DNA of 64,000 bases from contig OZ320313.1 of the NCBI GenBank assembly GCA_976226885.1, forward strand, positions 121,396,001-121,460,000, read 5' to 3'. The stretch comes from Iphione sp. A-MEVVRFRX5 (taxonomy: Eukaryota). The notes under the pieces are model-generated. The model had not been told where the DNA came from and did no database searches. It saw only the letters and a list, made by a program, of their open reading frames with translations. A program made the translations under genes and the position numbers. Shown here in pieces: positions 39,101 to 53,081 of this stretch (positions within the stretch are counted from its first letter, which is position 1; every line of letters starts with the position of its first letter).

Positions 39101-42100
39101 TGCTGTTTCAGTTGATTATTCTGATTCAATTTTCCTTACTGTAATGGATGATTGTTCGTATTGACAAAAACACATAATAGCTATGTATTTTTTTGATAAA
39201 TTGACTAATACCAAACTTTGGAACATCCGCTGCAAAATTTGCTTGAAGCTGCTGAGCAACAGCGATTTAATTCCAGCTCTATCAGCTTCAGTGTGAGGCT
39301 CATTTACTTCTCATTATCGGCGTCCTCAAGCCTGACAGGGCCGTGGGAGAGGTGAAAAGGGAGTTCATTTTATGTAGGTGTTGACACGCACTCTTTGATA
39401 TACATGCACACGAGCTACCATCAAGTTCAAACGCCAAGTTCATTAATCGATATGTAAAATATCTCGCTATCATGAGCAGGTGTTTGTGTCAGGAGAAGCT
39501 GAATGTCAGAGTTCCGGTTCAGCTCCCGAGTAAATATCCAAAAACTAATACTTCTCTCATTGCTACAGGTGTTTCTGCATCTGTATTCAAGTATGTATCT
39601 AGCCACTGTTCAATCGTTTAGAGGACAATGAGTAAAAGAATCTTATCGGAACAGAAACAGAAAATTAGAAACATCTGTTGCCGTCATGCCAAAAGTAATG
39701 CGCTCCTTGTATTTAATTATTCACAGTCGACTTTAGACTCCGGAATTCTACCGCTTGCTTACCTGAAATTCCGTGAAAACACTTTCCTCTGAAGAATGCT
39801 AAGCAGGGGATATAATGTAGGAATGAGACATTTTTATTTCCAGCTTTCATTTTTAGCTTCAGGCTAGGCCCTCAAGCGTGTGCCATCGACGTGGCACTAT
39901 CTATAGACCACCGTTTCAGGCAGAGATAAGAAACCCTCGACATGGTCTTTTTATTAAAGCAAGATAGTTGTAATGATGTACTGAGCTACATATCCAAACC
40001 AGCAAGATCATAAAAGATCCTACGACGTCCTCTAAAGCTCTTATCATAATCACCGTCTTATAATGACTTGTGTAGAAGGCACTTCAAATGTCTTAGAGGA
40101 CCATCGAGCATCCAGCACAGAAAGGCCGAGCTGAACGGAAGTTCTCATTCAAGTGGTATGTTTTACTTATGCATTTGGTTTGGCCCATTTGCAACTGCTT
40201 GATACTCACGGTACCAGTAACAACTTCGAAGGGAATGAATGAAGGGGGACGAGGAGGAGCCAGTTCGTTAAAAGGTAGCGTACAATGTCAGAATTTCTCC
40301 CTTATTTACATCGCAAAAAGTAGTCAGAACTGAAGTTTCACAATAATGTTTCTAAGTATTGAAGGTAGCTTAATCGCATTGTATGGCGACGGTCGGAAGC
40401 TTTCCTACAACACGGGTCTAGTGGTTGTCGGAGACAGTGCATTGTTGGATCTGACAGCCGTTCTTGAAGCCAGCTTGCTGTAGTAAGTGTTTGTATTGGA
40501 AGAGGTGAGGGGTTTTGACCCAAACCGACGCGCCTCATTGTCAACTGCATGGGATCTATGTAGGCGTATGACGCACGGAAGCGGGCCAGACGGTGTAACC
40601 ATGGCAACTGTCTTTTTCCTCCTCCAGCATCCATCGTCGACGGCGGAAGACGGGACCCAGCGCCAGGCCAACTGGTGCACACGCTCATTTATTAGCGACA
40701 AACCCACACTGAAGAGGCGCGATCGAGCCGTCGAGGCCACATCCAGCCAGGGAGCCGGCCAGCACGCGCCACCGCGGCGCTGTCTTTGATGGATGCGAAT
40801 ATATGTTAAACAGGGGGGGTCGGGTTGTCAGAAAGTGCAGACCTGGTGGACAATTGTTTACAGTCGCTAGCCGCATGCGATCCATCGCTAGACCGATGAC
40901 AGAAGGCACGCGAAGGACCAGTTTCTTCATGCCTCGCAAAAGTATGAGAGGTCTACAAGGGGAAATGTGTGTCTGGGAGTAGGGGTGGGAAGGGGAGGAA
41001 CACAGAATATTGGTCATTTGCTAAAGGTATGTATGACCATCGATGAGTAACAAGACAGAAAGGAGGTTAGCATGTTCACCTGACATATAGAACTAGTGTT
41101 GTTGGGTAGCTCATCTCATTTCCATACCGCAAGTGGAGGCAAGGGACCAGGTGCCTGGTACTGCCCCTGTGTAAGAAGTCAGCCCTGGGAACCTGACGCC
41201 ATACGCAATGTAATAATCCTTTGTATTAAAGTTGAAAAGTTTGACAACTAGGTCGGTTCTCTATGCTGTGTACTGTCAGATAAAGACATCGAGATGCAAG
41301 TAAGATTATGAAACGACGTTTGGGGATAGCTAGCTAGCTAGATATTGGATAGATACAAAGCGACATGTATAAATAATAAACTCCACATTTATTGACTTTG
41401 ACATTAAAACTTGCCTAAGGTGGGTTTTAAATGCACACATTGTCTTTCAACAGCAAACGTTACCTTTGGAGAATTCTGCCCGGCAAATGAATCCCAGATT
41501 TGTAGGCTGGGGGTGTACTATGAAAATGTACAGGTTACGCATCCGTTTGCATTACGATCAGTCCAGGATGGGTCGGTGAAATGTCGACGCGCCTGTGCGT
41601 GTTGTGACTGGATGTATGTGAAGGGGACAGTTAAATTCTATGTCCACCCACAAACGCACTAACGCCAATGAGTGCAGGATGTATACATGTTAAATCCCCT
41701 GATCAGATAACGGGTCTCTGTTCGTAATAGGTGTATAACTGATCTATATGAAACGAAATTATTTTTTTTGTGCAAAGAAAGATATGAAAATGATTTCTAA
41801 AGATAATACAGTGACCACTCGCGTCAAAACTTCCCCCCGCATTTCCCTACAAATTAAATTCTTGACTATTGTAGAGTTCCGAAGATTAAAATCATGACAT
41901 GTTGAACGAGTTGTACCAACCCTCTCACGATCGTAATTTCACGACATGGAGAGTGAAAAACTTGAAGTGCTCTGTTTACGTCCGATTTGGTTGCCGCTAC
42001 TGGCTGGGGAGATAATGACGGTCTAGGCAGAGCATGCGTCACTCTGTTAGAACAACCTACGCGGTACGAATTCCGACGATTTCAGCAGCTCGGTAGCAAC

Positions 42101-45100
42101 GCTGACGGGGAATCAGAAAGAAGAAGAGGTCCTTCTCTGTGTAAGTTACGTGAATACTCGTCTTTGGGCTGTTAAGGCTGCCGTGCCCTCTCAGAAGCGA
42201 GATAGCCGAAGGTGATGGGTTACGGGCGGTATGTTTGGGCAGCAGATGGGGTCACGAGTCGATCGGAGCTGCTCGGGCCTCTTCGTCAAGGGCTATGTAA
42301 TGAGGTGAGGATCATGGGCCTTCACATTAACTCGTAGCTGTAGACCTGACCCTATCAACTGAAAAGGATCCGTTACTTGCCTGATCGTTCCTGTCTTTCC
42401 GTTTGTTCTTCTCCCCTGGTAAAAGGTGGCCGCCCTTCAAGCGAACCTTAATAAAGCCGAGAGGAACACACTGACATGTTCCCTTATCGAAACTCCATGA
42501 GGCCGTGACCTCAATAGCATTCTATACTACGTTCCCATAACCTCCGTTGGTGTCTCCATAATTTTACCAAGGTCGCTGCGCCAGCATTGATTGGTTAAGG
42601 ATCAATGGTAGGCTCAATAGCTAGCTTTCAACGTGATTGTACTGAGCTGTCAGTGTCACGTTATCTGTATCTTATTTTTAAAAAAAGGCAACTCATTCGA
42701 AGATGGAGTCATGAAAACTTTATGCTGCTTTTTTTTCTTTGTTGGACAGGTATCGGCCTATTTGATGAAAGCTCGGATCGACCATCGCACCCTTGGGTTA
42801 GGAGGGGACACATTTTGTTGTTAGGAGTACCTGGAGCTATCGCGTCAGTCTGCCAAAGACGATGACGACTCCCCACTGGCCCGCTTAACGGTGGATTCTG
42901 GATGAATTGTGCACGCAAGTATGGTTAGTCCGAAGCTTTTTGCGTGACAAAGGATGGGCGATGCTTTATATATGGCTGTCATGTCCTCTGATGTCCTCCA
43001 GGGATGCAGGTTAAGGGTGTGGCCTACTGTCGTCCCCCGTCGCCCATTCACACGGTCTTTTTCATGCTCTCATGGACTCTTTAACGCACGCATGCATATG
43101 TACACGCACACCTGCCACCGACTATAATAGACAGAATATTGCTTAATAGCACCAATCATGTTAATGCTTGCACATACCCATATCGGTCTACACATAACAG
43201 GGTTTTCACTAGCCGATTATTTTCAGCATTTCTTACACACACCCATACACACAAACACCATTTGCCTTTACCAATCGTGTAATCAAGAAGTGTCTCTATA
43301 CATGTCTTGTCCCCGAGTGCCTTTACTCATCATGTATGCAGGAGGTGTTCTGCAACCTCTGACCCCTCCCCATACACTTCCTTTGCTCATCCTGGACAGA
43401 ATAAACGGTTTGACAACCTGCTCCCCCCCCTGCGTACACACTACCTTTACCCATTCTATATGCAGGAAATGATATTGTAACCCGGCGCTCCTACACATAC
43501 ACACACAAACATACTGCCTTTACTCATCCTAGTCCAAGGGGCACTTCTGTTACTTGCTCTCCCGACTATCTTTATACACCCCGTACCCAACGAGCAGTTT
43601 TATAGCTCCCCCTCTTCCGATGCTTTTACCTATCCTGTGCCAAGCGAGCACTAAAACCTGCTCTGTCCGCCCCTCCCTTACACACAAAGATACAAACCGC
43701 CTTTGCCCATCCAGGCAGCATTTCTGTAACCTTCTACATCGGTCTATCATCTGGCCGCGTTTCCAGCCTTCTTAGATCATCTACGCAGAGGCTCTCGTCA
43801 CTGGAACGAGTTGATGCTGGAGACTCAAACCTTTCACTGAGTCCTCCGGGCCTTTGCGTGCTGGGCCAGGTAGTTGCTTCGGCTTGACATACAGTGGCAG
43901 TGAGCTGATTGAAAAGGATATAACTTAGGTGATATATCTATACTAAACCACTGTAGGATAGACCACCGAAAATGAAAACCTGAAGCTGTTTGTGAACCTC
44001 ATCTTATGCACATATCATGGTATTTATTTTACTTTAGGTCTGTTGAGTACATTTGGTAATAGAAAGTCATCACGCCCTGATATTTTTGAAATTTTGATTA
44101 ATTTTGCCTTCGTATTTGTCATGATAAGGGCAATGACTCCGATATGCCCCCGTCACAAGCTTTAAAAAGAAGAAAAGTAATCACTGCATGTAGTTCTCGG
44201 GTCGGTTGTAACGACTCAAAACAAAGTCCAAATATTTTTCCATGCACGGTGTGCTTCATTTACTCCAACTTTATTTTCTTCGTCTTCGTGTTTCCCGTCT
44301 GGCCAATTTATGTTTTTGATCTGATCAGAATAATGTCATTGTACCCCCATGAAAAGGCCATTTTATGATGTGTGTTTTTTTTCTTTCTTCCTTTCCCGTC
44401 ACATTTTCCCTTTTCCCTGTATTTCTTTTGCCCTTCGCCGGTTTTGATAGCGTCCGTTTGTTGTCTGCTGCCAGCACGTGAGGATCAAAATGAGCGTGAG
44501 GAGAGCACATAAGCAGCCAGAAGAATGAGACCGCCGAAGGAAAAACCCTCAGACTTTTGTGAGGGCATGGTTTGGTTGTGACCAATGAGGCAGTAATTGG
44601 GGTTAAGAGACCTTACCCTTAATGACAGCCGTCATCATGCTCGCCGCCATATTGAAATGGGTCTTACTTGGGCCAAAAACTATCGATAGCTGTCATCTCC
44701 CTTTCCCCTCCCGCCCCCTGGACAATGTTATTGTTCAGTCGAGTGCCTATGGTAGATTGACAAAAACCATCTCATTTATCAAGTTTATAATAGACGTGTA
44801 AATAGAAGCTCCCCTCTTCACCCCCCCCCCCCAAGAAAAAATAAAGAATCCTTTAATCTGCTGTCATATATGAGAATTAACAGACGCCTTCGCCCTAAGC
44901 AAAATAATCTCCAATCTGCTCATATGACGAACATAATCTCAATCTGGCATTATGAAACACTCGAGTGTCTAGCGCTGGGCATTTGCTTGAAAAGGACCCA
45001 AAAGAACCAAGCGGAGGGACATCATCAATTTGCTGCTGCTGATGGATCACAGGATGCAACAGGCGACGCCGGCATCCGTTATCAATCCAAATAAACAATC

Positions 45101-46539
45101 GCTAATGCGGTTTGGAAGTGCCCAAAACATACCGGGCGTTGAAGGAAGATAACCGCCATAGATTAAGACGACCGATCATCCCATTAGAGAGGACAATGGC
45201 CGCTCGTATAACCGTTTGCCACTCACGCTTGGATCCACAGGTTTTGACTCACATCATCCACCATTAGCTATTCTCACTTCGGGAGCGTCCCATTCTCTCC
45301 GCTGAAAGCATTTGTCTGTTTGCCTATGATAATAACTTTTTTATTCTCGATGGAGTCCAACTGATTTGTATATGCCTAGTCAGTCGAATGCAAGACAGAC
45401 CCTATTCTACACACAGAAATGACCACTAGCAGGTTACAAGCGTGACAAATGGATTATCCGCATAAGATTCTAACTTACCAGCCATGTTCTACCCATAAGA
45501 AATGAGTTTCTGTGACCTTTGTATTCGGGAGAATATATATTGACGTTTCACTGGGCTGGCTCCCTCGGAAACGTTAACATATACATGTGTACATTTCTAC
45601 GGGTCAATATTTAGACACATTCCACACACATGTACATATCGCATAGATATGTGTATTCGTATGATATGTAATGCACGTGGAGTAAACATTTTTTAAAATC
45701 TGCCATCTAATGACAAATAGCTAAACCATGTATCCAATCAAGTTACATAATGTCATAACGTACCAAAGTGGCTTTGCCTTAAATTCTTCCAATAATGAGT
45801 ATGTCTGTCATGCAATGAGCAGTGTGTGCTAGCATTATTATGTAATGAACCAAGACTAGCCTTCAGCATTATATCAATAACCTGAGTAATGAATTAATTA
45901 AAAAGCGGAAACTGTAATGTTTAGTGGTATTCCTTGGGGGGTCTACATATTACATCTGTATTTATCAATTAAGAGGGGGTCGCGGCTACATCTATACATT
46001 TTTAATGTTTTATGTGGTGAGGCTGAACAGAAACTGTCATTGGAAAGTTGTACGCCTCTCTCCATAATAATGAGGTGTATTTGCATTGGTTATGAACCAA
46101 GTGGGAAATATAAATCTGCAGGAAGGTCTTTGCACACAACGTTTGTGCCACAAAGTGTCATTAGCTCGGTATCCATTTAAAGAAAAGTATAATATTTAGA
46201 AAACGGTTTCGGAACAAGTTCCTATAGTTATCATCTGCTCTAGATATAAATGTTCTCACATTTCCTCTTTAATACTGAATGGCAACTGAAATTCTATGTA
46301 ACTGTAACGATAGAAAATATTATCATGCTCTCCTAAATATATCACTAACTCGAGTCCATTTATCAAGTGTGAGCACTCAGTAACCACTCTACGCACATGT
46401 ATCTGTGTATTTGAGCCATTGCTCTTGTTTATGATAACGATAAACACAGAGGGAGGTGAACGCTTGCGAGGAGAGAAAGGGAGGGAGAACGAAGAACAGA
46501 CAGACAGACAGACAGAGACAGATGGGTAGACCACGGTGG

Positions 46540-48450
46540 TACTTACACGAGGAGATGGTAGGAGATGGCCCGCCAGTCCTTGGGCCTTTCCAGGAAGTTA
46601 TACACCCGCGCTTGGAGACGACGGTATCGCGCGTCTCGCTTATGCGCGCGGTAGTTGAGCGGTTTGCCGAGCAGCGACATTCGGGGGCGGCGGTAGCGCG
46701 TACTCCCGGTGTTCTTGCCGCTCATCCGTCGCAGGTCGGCGTCCACATCTTTCTTCTGGCTCTCTAAGTCCTCCATGCCTACAAATTCCACCCGAGCGCG
46801 CTTCTCGCGTCGCGCGGGCTGCTGCTGCTGCCTGTGGTTGACGGTGCCGGTCAAAATACTGGGGTCAACGGACGCCCGGCTTCCGGTCCGGACGGTCACA
46901 GGGACCAACGGCTTGGCGGCGGCAGCGGCAGCGTCCGTCTTTAGGCCGCCCAGCGGAGCGCCTGCCGATGATGAGCCTGCCTCCGAAGCCGCTCCCTCTC
47001 GACTGGCCCCCACCGATACCGCCGACGCCGCGCGAGCCGACGTCGGCACGCGCACACGAAAGTCGTCGCTAACTGGATCTCCACGTCCGCCGCCGGGTCT
47101 CGTCTGCTGCATCGCGAGGGACGAGCGGCCGGCGTGGGTCATGTCGTCTCGGCGGGGCGGAGCGTGGTGCTCCCGTAGGCGGAGCCACGGGCATCGGTGT
47201 CTACATAATCTCAGCTGCCACCGTCGGCGGGTGCTGCTGCCCGCTTATTACAGACCAGGTGTGAACAAGTCGTGTCTAAGATCAGGAGACATCCAGAGAC
47301 GAGCCGCGCACATGTGTTCCCGCTCTTACAATGCCCCCTTACTATGAACTGCTCTCTCTCTCTCTTTCTTTATATTTCTCTATCCGCGAGCAACTCACCC
47401 TCACTCAGCGCTGCTATCGACCAGGGACACTCAGGAGGGGCCTAATGGCCCGCGGCCTTAAATCTGCGTTTATCATTTGAAGGAGATATGTGCCTCGAGG
47501 CGGCTGTTGATGCGTTCGACGCTGTGCTGCCTGCCCCCTCCGGCTTACTGCCGGCATACACTTGCCGGCCGAGCTGGGCTAAGTTCACGAGCGCCCTGGG
47601 TTGCCGGCCGCCAGCCGCAGGGATCAGAGCTTAGCCTGACCTGAAAGCCATGTGCTGGACGCGAGGTGCTCGGCATCATAGCAGCCAGATAGGCGAGAGC
47701 AGCTTGGCATCAACCGCCTCGCCTCCTCGGCGCCGTACCCTCCACGGTGTGTGGTGCAGGTAGGGGAGACGCCTGCTCGACGGCAACAGGTTGTTGTAGC
47801 TGCTGCCGCTGCTGCTACTACTACTGCTACGACTGCTACTGCTGCTGCTGTTGCGTCTGCCCCTGCTTCTGCTTCTCATGGAGTCTTGCAGGCTATAACT
47901 GCATCGGCAGTGTGTAGTGAACGCAGACGATGACTGCGGTGTATAGGCCTCCGCTGCGCCGCCTCGCAGTCGAGTGCTTACGAGGTGCATAGACAGGCAA
48001 GGCGCGAAGCCGGCTCTGTGGCGTTACTGCTACCAGTGCTGACCCCCACGGCGTCCCCCTCAAACTCCTCCTGCGTTGGCAGCTGCGCTTTTAGGACAGT
48101 TACAGCCCTACTGCATCTGGTCCAGCGATTGACGGCAGCTGGCCTGACGTTGGATCTCTTCTTGCTGCTGCTGATGATCCGGTAACAGCTGTCTCAAGGG
48201 TGGTTGTGTTGGTGGTGTTGGTGGTGGTGGTGATGGTGGTGGTGATGGTGGCGCACATCTGTGAGTCGACCACCGCCTCCTCACCCCAAACTCAGTCAGC
48301 CCGACTCACCTTGGCAACGGCGTCGTGGCCTCCTGCGCCTGATGCACGGCCCTCTGTCACACCCCTCCGGGGCTAATTCAACAGTCCTGCGCCATGCTTA
48401 AGCCCGAACTACCCCAGGCCCCAGCGCAGTAGGTCTGTAATTGATTAACA
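46540..48450. promoter_or_regulatory. GC/CpG-rich island covering KCNQ exon 1 and its presumed 5' UTR/promoter
   Basis: Sharp rise in GC and CG dinucleotides relative to the AT-rich flanks. Includes GCT/ACT-type repeats (~47795-47875) and GGT repeats (~48205-48250). Confidence 0.7.
46547..47142 (-). CDS. KCNQ: First coding exon of a KCNQ (Kv7/KQT) voltage-gated potassium channel
   Basis: Ends RMSLLGKPLNYRAHKRDARYRRLQARVYNFLERPKDWRAISYHLLV, the conserved pre-S1 KCNQ signature (YNFLERP..YH). A phase-2 donor GT|GTAAGT follows (acttac at 46541-46546). The ATG at 47142 is plausible, not proven. Confidence 0.95.
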
Positions 48451-49808
48451 GTGCACGGCCTAATAACAGCGAGAATAACGCTCCCGGGATAATAACCATG
48501 TCCAGACCCCCGTGTGGAGGCCACCGATGAAGTGTGTGCACTAATAATGCTTGATAAGGAGATTAGCACGACCAGGACACTTGATTGCCTGCCCGCTCGC
48601 TATGGGCGCCTGTCTTGGCCAGCCAAATGATGCCAGCGCCAGAGGGACTTTTTTCTACTACTCACAGACGACACGTTCGCACAGTAAGGTTACAGCTTAC
48701 TACCACTCAGTGGCTTCAGGATTGTGATGTCAGGGCGAGTTGCACTGCCCAAACGCCCAACCCTTGTCCTGGCACTCCTCCTTCTCCCTTCTGCACTACC
48801 TTGTTTTAGAGCACTAATAGACACCTCTCTAGACCAGCTGAGCGCGACATTAGAGACCCGTACCAAGCTGCGGCTATTGCTACTGTGCGTACATGATGCT
48901 GGAGGGCATTGTCACCGTCACCACCTCAGCTTCGGCCACCACCGCCGCAGCCACGACCACCACCTCCACCACCACTACTGCTGTCATGGTAACAAACCTC
49001 TTTCTAACAAGTCTCGGCAGGGATGTGCCACTTCAGCCTGATTTTCCCCATAGAAAGGCAGAATGTAGACGCCAGTGACAATTTGCAACGTCTACATTTG
49101 CCTGATCATATCGACCCTCACCTGTGACCGGGTTGACAAGGACGGCAGGATGACATTCCCCCAGTGTAAAATGGAGCCAACAGCAAAAACGACCGAGTCT
49201 CCTCATATGTTTGATGTGTTGAATATGGGTAAAAACACACCTGCGAACATTTTACATGTAATTTGCCGATAAAATTGAACAGTGAACATATATCTTCCCC
49301 CCAAATCTGCCTTCTTGGCCCATTTTCTCATTGGTTGCCTTTTCAAGTTCGGGAGACAGTTCTAATATGACTTTATGTGTACATGAATCCTAGGGAACAA
49401 CTCTTTGGAGTAGACTATTTTAAGGGTTGTTAATAGCTTGGTGAAGGCACATCTCCCCTAGGCAGTCGATTAAAAGAGTAGCTTTCTGTGTTCATGTCAT
49501 CTCCTTCTATAAATAAAATCAACTTGGTGGCTGACCCATGACCTATACACGCCTGAGTCCAAAACAATCAAACCCCGTCCTTTTTCAACGCCAACGACCT
49601 AAAAGAACCTACAGCATCCACACATCTGTCCCAAAGGTGGTCACGATATTTTGAGTGATGGTTATATTACTCTGTGGCGTACTGATTACTTTGGGTAAAA
49701 CCTATAATTCCTGCCATTCACTGATAAATCCCCGGCAACGTGTTGCTCTACACTACCTTATGAAGGTACCCTAGCTAGAATATGATTAAGGTTTGAGGCA
49801 TGCATTAA

Positions 49809-50136
49809 CCCGTTGAGGGCGGAGAATGCCATATGGCATTTCCAGGCTAGGGCAAGGAATGCCATATGGCATTATCTAAAATAAGTCCTTTTCTGTGATT
49901 CACACGAGAAAGGTTCACAATATCTAACAAAAACAATCTGCCAATATTTATTGTCTCTAAATATCTGTTTCACTCATATTTCAAACTAATGTATCCTGAA
50001 ATAAAAAATATGCTCCTCATTTCTGATCAATATGTAATCTAATCATATAATACCTCACCTCCTAGGGCATTCTTAATTATGTCCAAATCCCTGTTCTAAA
50101 CAGGGATCATCTATGACAATTGCATCCCTTCAAGGG
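49809..50136. mobile_element. piggyBac-type MITE, 328 bp
   Basis: TTAA at 49805-08 and 50137-40. Ends are CCCGTTGAGGG and, reverse-complemented, CCCTTGAAGGG. Two copies of the perfect palindrome AATGCCATATGGCATT (49825-49840, 49858-49873). Confidence 0.75.
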
Positions 50137-50789
50137 TTAAAAGATAACCTGATTAAAGATAATCTATTAACTGTTAGAGACAAGTGTATAGCTAGATAGG
50201 TAATCTGAGCGCGTGTTAGTCTACTCTAAGCATTTGAGTTTTTTTTTACTTCAGATTACAGTTGATACTATTTCCTAATGCATTGACGAGAGAAGAAATT
50301 TAGGCACGTTTAATCATTTTCTGCAGTTGCCCTTAAAGTTCAGATGATGCCGGAATCTGTAGTATTATTTGACAGAATGGTCCCTTTTCTGATTCCTGAA
50401 TTCCATCATGGTCTTCTAGGTCTTGTTATTATTATTATCAATTTCTCCAAGCATCCCTCAATATATTTATATGCTAGCTAAAATGCATTTGTCAAGCACA
50501 CCAGCTACATCTAAGATTGGATTCTTACAGACGATTTAAATTAATTGTTGTGTACGAGGCAAATCCAGTGGGATACCTTGGTGCAACCATACAAACCCAT
50601 ATATGGTGTATTTCTGCCATCCAAAACATACTATAGACTGAATTTAAAGGTCTAAAATGTTATAAATGGAGTACATCAGTGGTTCTATGAAGTTTTTGTT
50701 CTCTTGGGGAAACGTCTATAGGCCTCAATAGCCATTCCTGCCTGTGAGCCCCTCCACGTTCTTTCATTGATGGTGTCCTGGTCCCTTTT

Positions 50790-50840
50790 CTCACTCTCTC
50801 ACACTCTCTCTCTCTCTCATTCTCTCTCTCTCTGTCTCTC
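50790..50840. repeat. (CT)n-rich simple repeat
   Basis: Interrupted CT/TC run. Confidence 0.85.
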
Positions 50841-52945
50841 CCTGTGAACCAGTCAGTCCCTAAAGTCTCCATACTGTTGGTTTAGAGTGGTGTCTATACA
50901 CCGTCGCATGTTTCTTAGAGGCCAGGGACTCTGGTGCCTGTCGAAGGAAACTAACCTGCCGTGGAGGTTAATCCTATTGGACCAGCCTCGTCCCAGAGCA
51001 GACAAGTCGCTTCATATTAGTTAAGACCCTTGCTATCTCATTGGAATCTCCCGCCAAGCGCAATGTACAGGTTACATAAACCGCTCTCACAACGTGCCTG
51101 ACCTTTAGGATGTGCTAAGTTGGTTTCCACCGCCAGTGAAATTTACCAGTATTCCTCAATCCTCTCTGATGAAATACTGTCTTGGTCAAGGTGTTGGAGT
51201 GAGGGTGTAACACCGCCAAGTTGATTGATATATATATGTATATAGATTGATTGACTATTACACACAATAACTTGGGACACGAGGGTCGACGTTTGTGGAT
51301 GTCATTCATTAGCAGGAGGTTTTTCAAAGTTAGCTTTACTCGTATATAAACCTGTTGGGAAGGACTCAATGGTAAAGTCCCGTCTGATGGATATCCTTTA
51401 CTTTTTGATTTTACAATTTCAAATTTCTATTTAACCCATCGCTGAACATTGAAAAATCATCGTTGTTAGTACATATTATTCAAATTGGTTTATATGGTTT
51501 AGATTCCTATGGTATCATCTCGATGATTATAAACAATAAATAAAAAACTCTTTGTACTGGTTCAAATTAAAATTGAGGGATTTTAGTGCTGTCAGGGATC
51601 AAAGACAACTCCTGTCAAGCCTCCCCGTGATGGGTCAATTCAGTTTTGCAAATAAATCTGTTATCAAGTGACAGATTATACCAATTCTATCCAAGCTATT
51701 GTGCTCCTCTACATATGAGTTTTTTGTCATGAAACGAAACCTCATTAGACACGAACCTCAGATAAACTGGACCCTGGCCCTTTGAAACCTCTAATGTTAG
51801 ACAATACAAAGACCGTGGTTATTTTACCAGGCTTTCGGTATACGGCCTGCAAGGAAACGGACTCCGTACGTTAAAGATGTCATCCTCCTGAACCACCTAA
51901 ACCTTGTATCGCGCAGACCTTGTCGATATACACTACTCTGTGCGAGGGGCTTACCTTATTAGACGTGATCAGCCAGGCATCTGCTGACAGATGAAGCCAG
52001 ACTTACTCTTTGCAACGAAACGGGTATGCAATAAACCCTTCTTCTGTTCATTTATAACTTATCAGTATCACGTTCTCAGAAAGAGTGAGCCCTTGTTGCT
52101 TGCTGACTATCTTCTTTGATGTCAACTTAGTGAATTGAGAGCTTAAGCTTTTGGGGTATGGTAAACACCAAAGTAAGAAGTGAAGAGAGCAACGTCTACG
52201 TTTCCGCCACCTTCCAAATCCATGTCCAGACTTTCGTTTATTGTTAACAGGATACGCAAATGGGGAGGAAAACGCACGGAGGACCTGTTGTCGTATAAAA
52301 GCTTGTTATAGAAGAAGTGTTTGTACAACGCGATTCATGAAACTAAAAAAAATATACGGAAAGAGCTGAATCGCCGATTTATTAACACCTGGAGATGTTA
52401 CTCCCAAGAAGTCAGATAATACAAAGTAATGATGTCAGCTCTGGGCTAAATCGTCCTTGTTGAAAAGTTACCTGAATTTAAAGATGATTCATTGTACGAC
52501 GTCTAAAGGATCTTTACGTGTACATATACATGTACATATTCATGTTCAGCCTAGGTGCAGGCTGGTTTGTCCGGCGAACAGCCTGTCTGCATTTCTTTTT
52601 TTTTTTTTTAGAACTTTATTTACACTGGAATGTTACAGATATTATCCATGTAGTCCAGTTTGCTTCGTGATACTCCATAGGCATGATGGTATATACAGAC
52701 GATATGAGATGATTACTATTTTTATGGTAATGTGAATGATGAGATGGGTATAATACTAAAGACAATTGTCTTCTCAGCTATCGATTTCTCTCCTGTGATG
52801 GCTCGTGAACGTATGTATGTCTCTTATGCAGCGGCAGTGTATTTTTAAATTTTGTTGTGGATGTTCAGCTAGATCAGGTGTAGAGTGTGACTTTACTTGG
52901 CAGTTTTTATCTCTTTAGAGAGGAAATCTTCCTTCAGATGTTCGT

Positions 52946-53077
52946 GCTAGGGTATCACCCTGCCATGGGTGTTTAGTAGTTATTCCTATCTCTATTTATT
53001 ACTGATTTGCTGGGGTATCACCCCGCATTTCTGTTATACTCAAATTATTGGATCGAGTTGCTAGGGTATCACCCTGC
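52946..53077 (-). repeat. Three 18-bp hairpin-forming repeats in the LINE 3' UTR
   Basis: gctagggtatcaccctgc (52946-52963, 53060-53077) and gctggggtatcaccccgc (53009-53026), on + strand coordinates. Confidence 0.9.
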
Positions 53078-53081
53078 GTGT

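Noticed and set aside
46709-47347. 212-aa plus-strand ORF
   Set aside because: Antisense shadow of GC-rich KCNQ exon 1; no recognisable domain.
47676-47990. Ser- and Ala/Thr-rich ORFs
   Set aside because: Trinucleotide low-complexity sequence within the CpG island.
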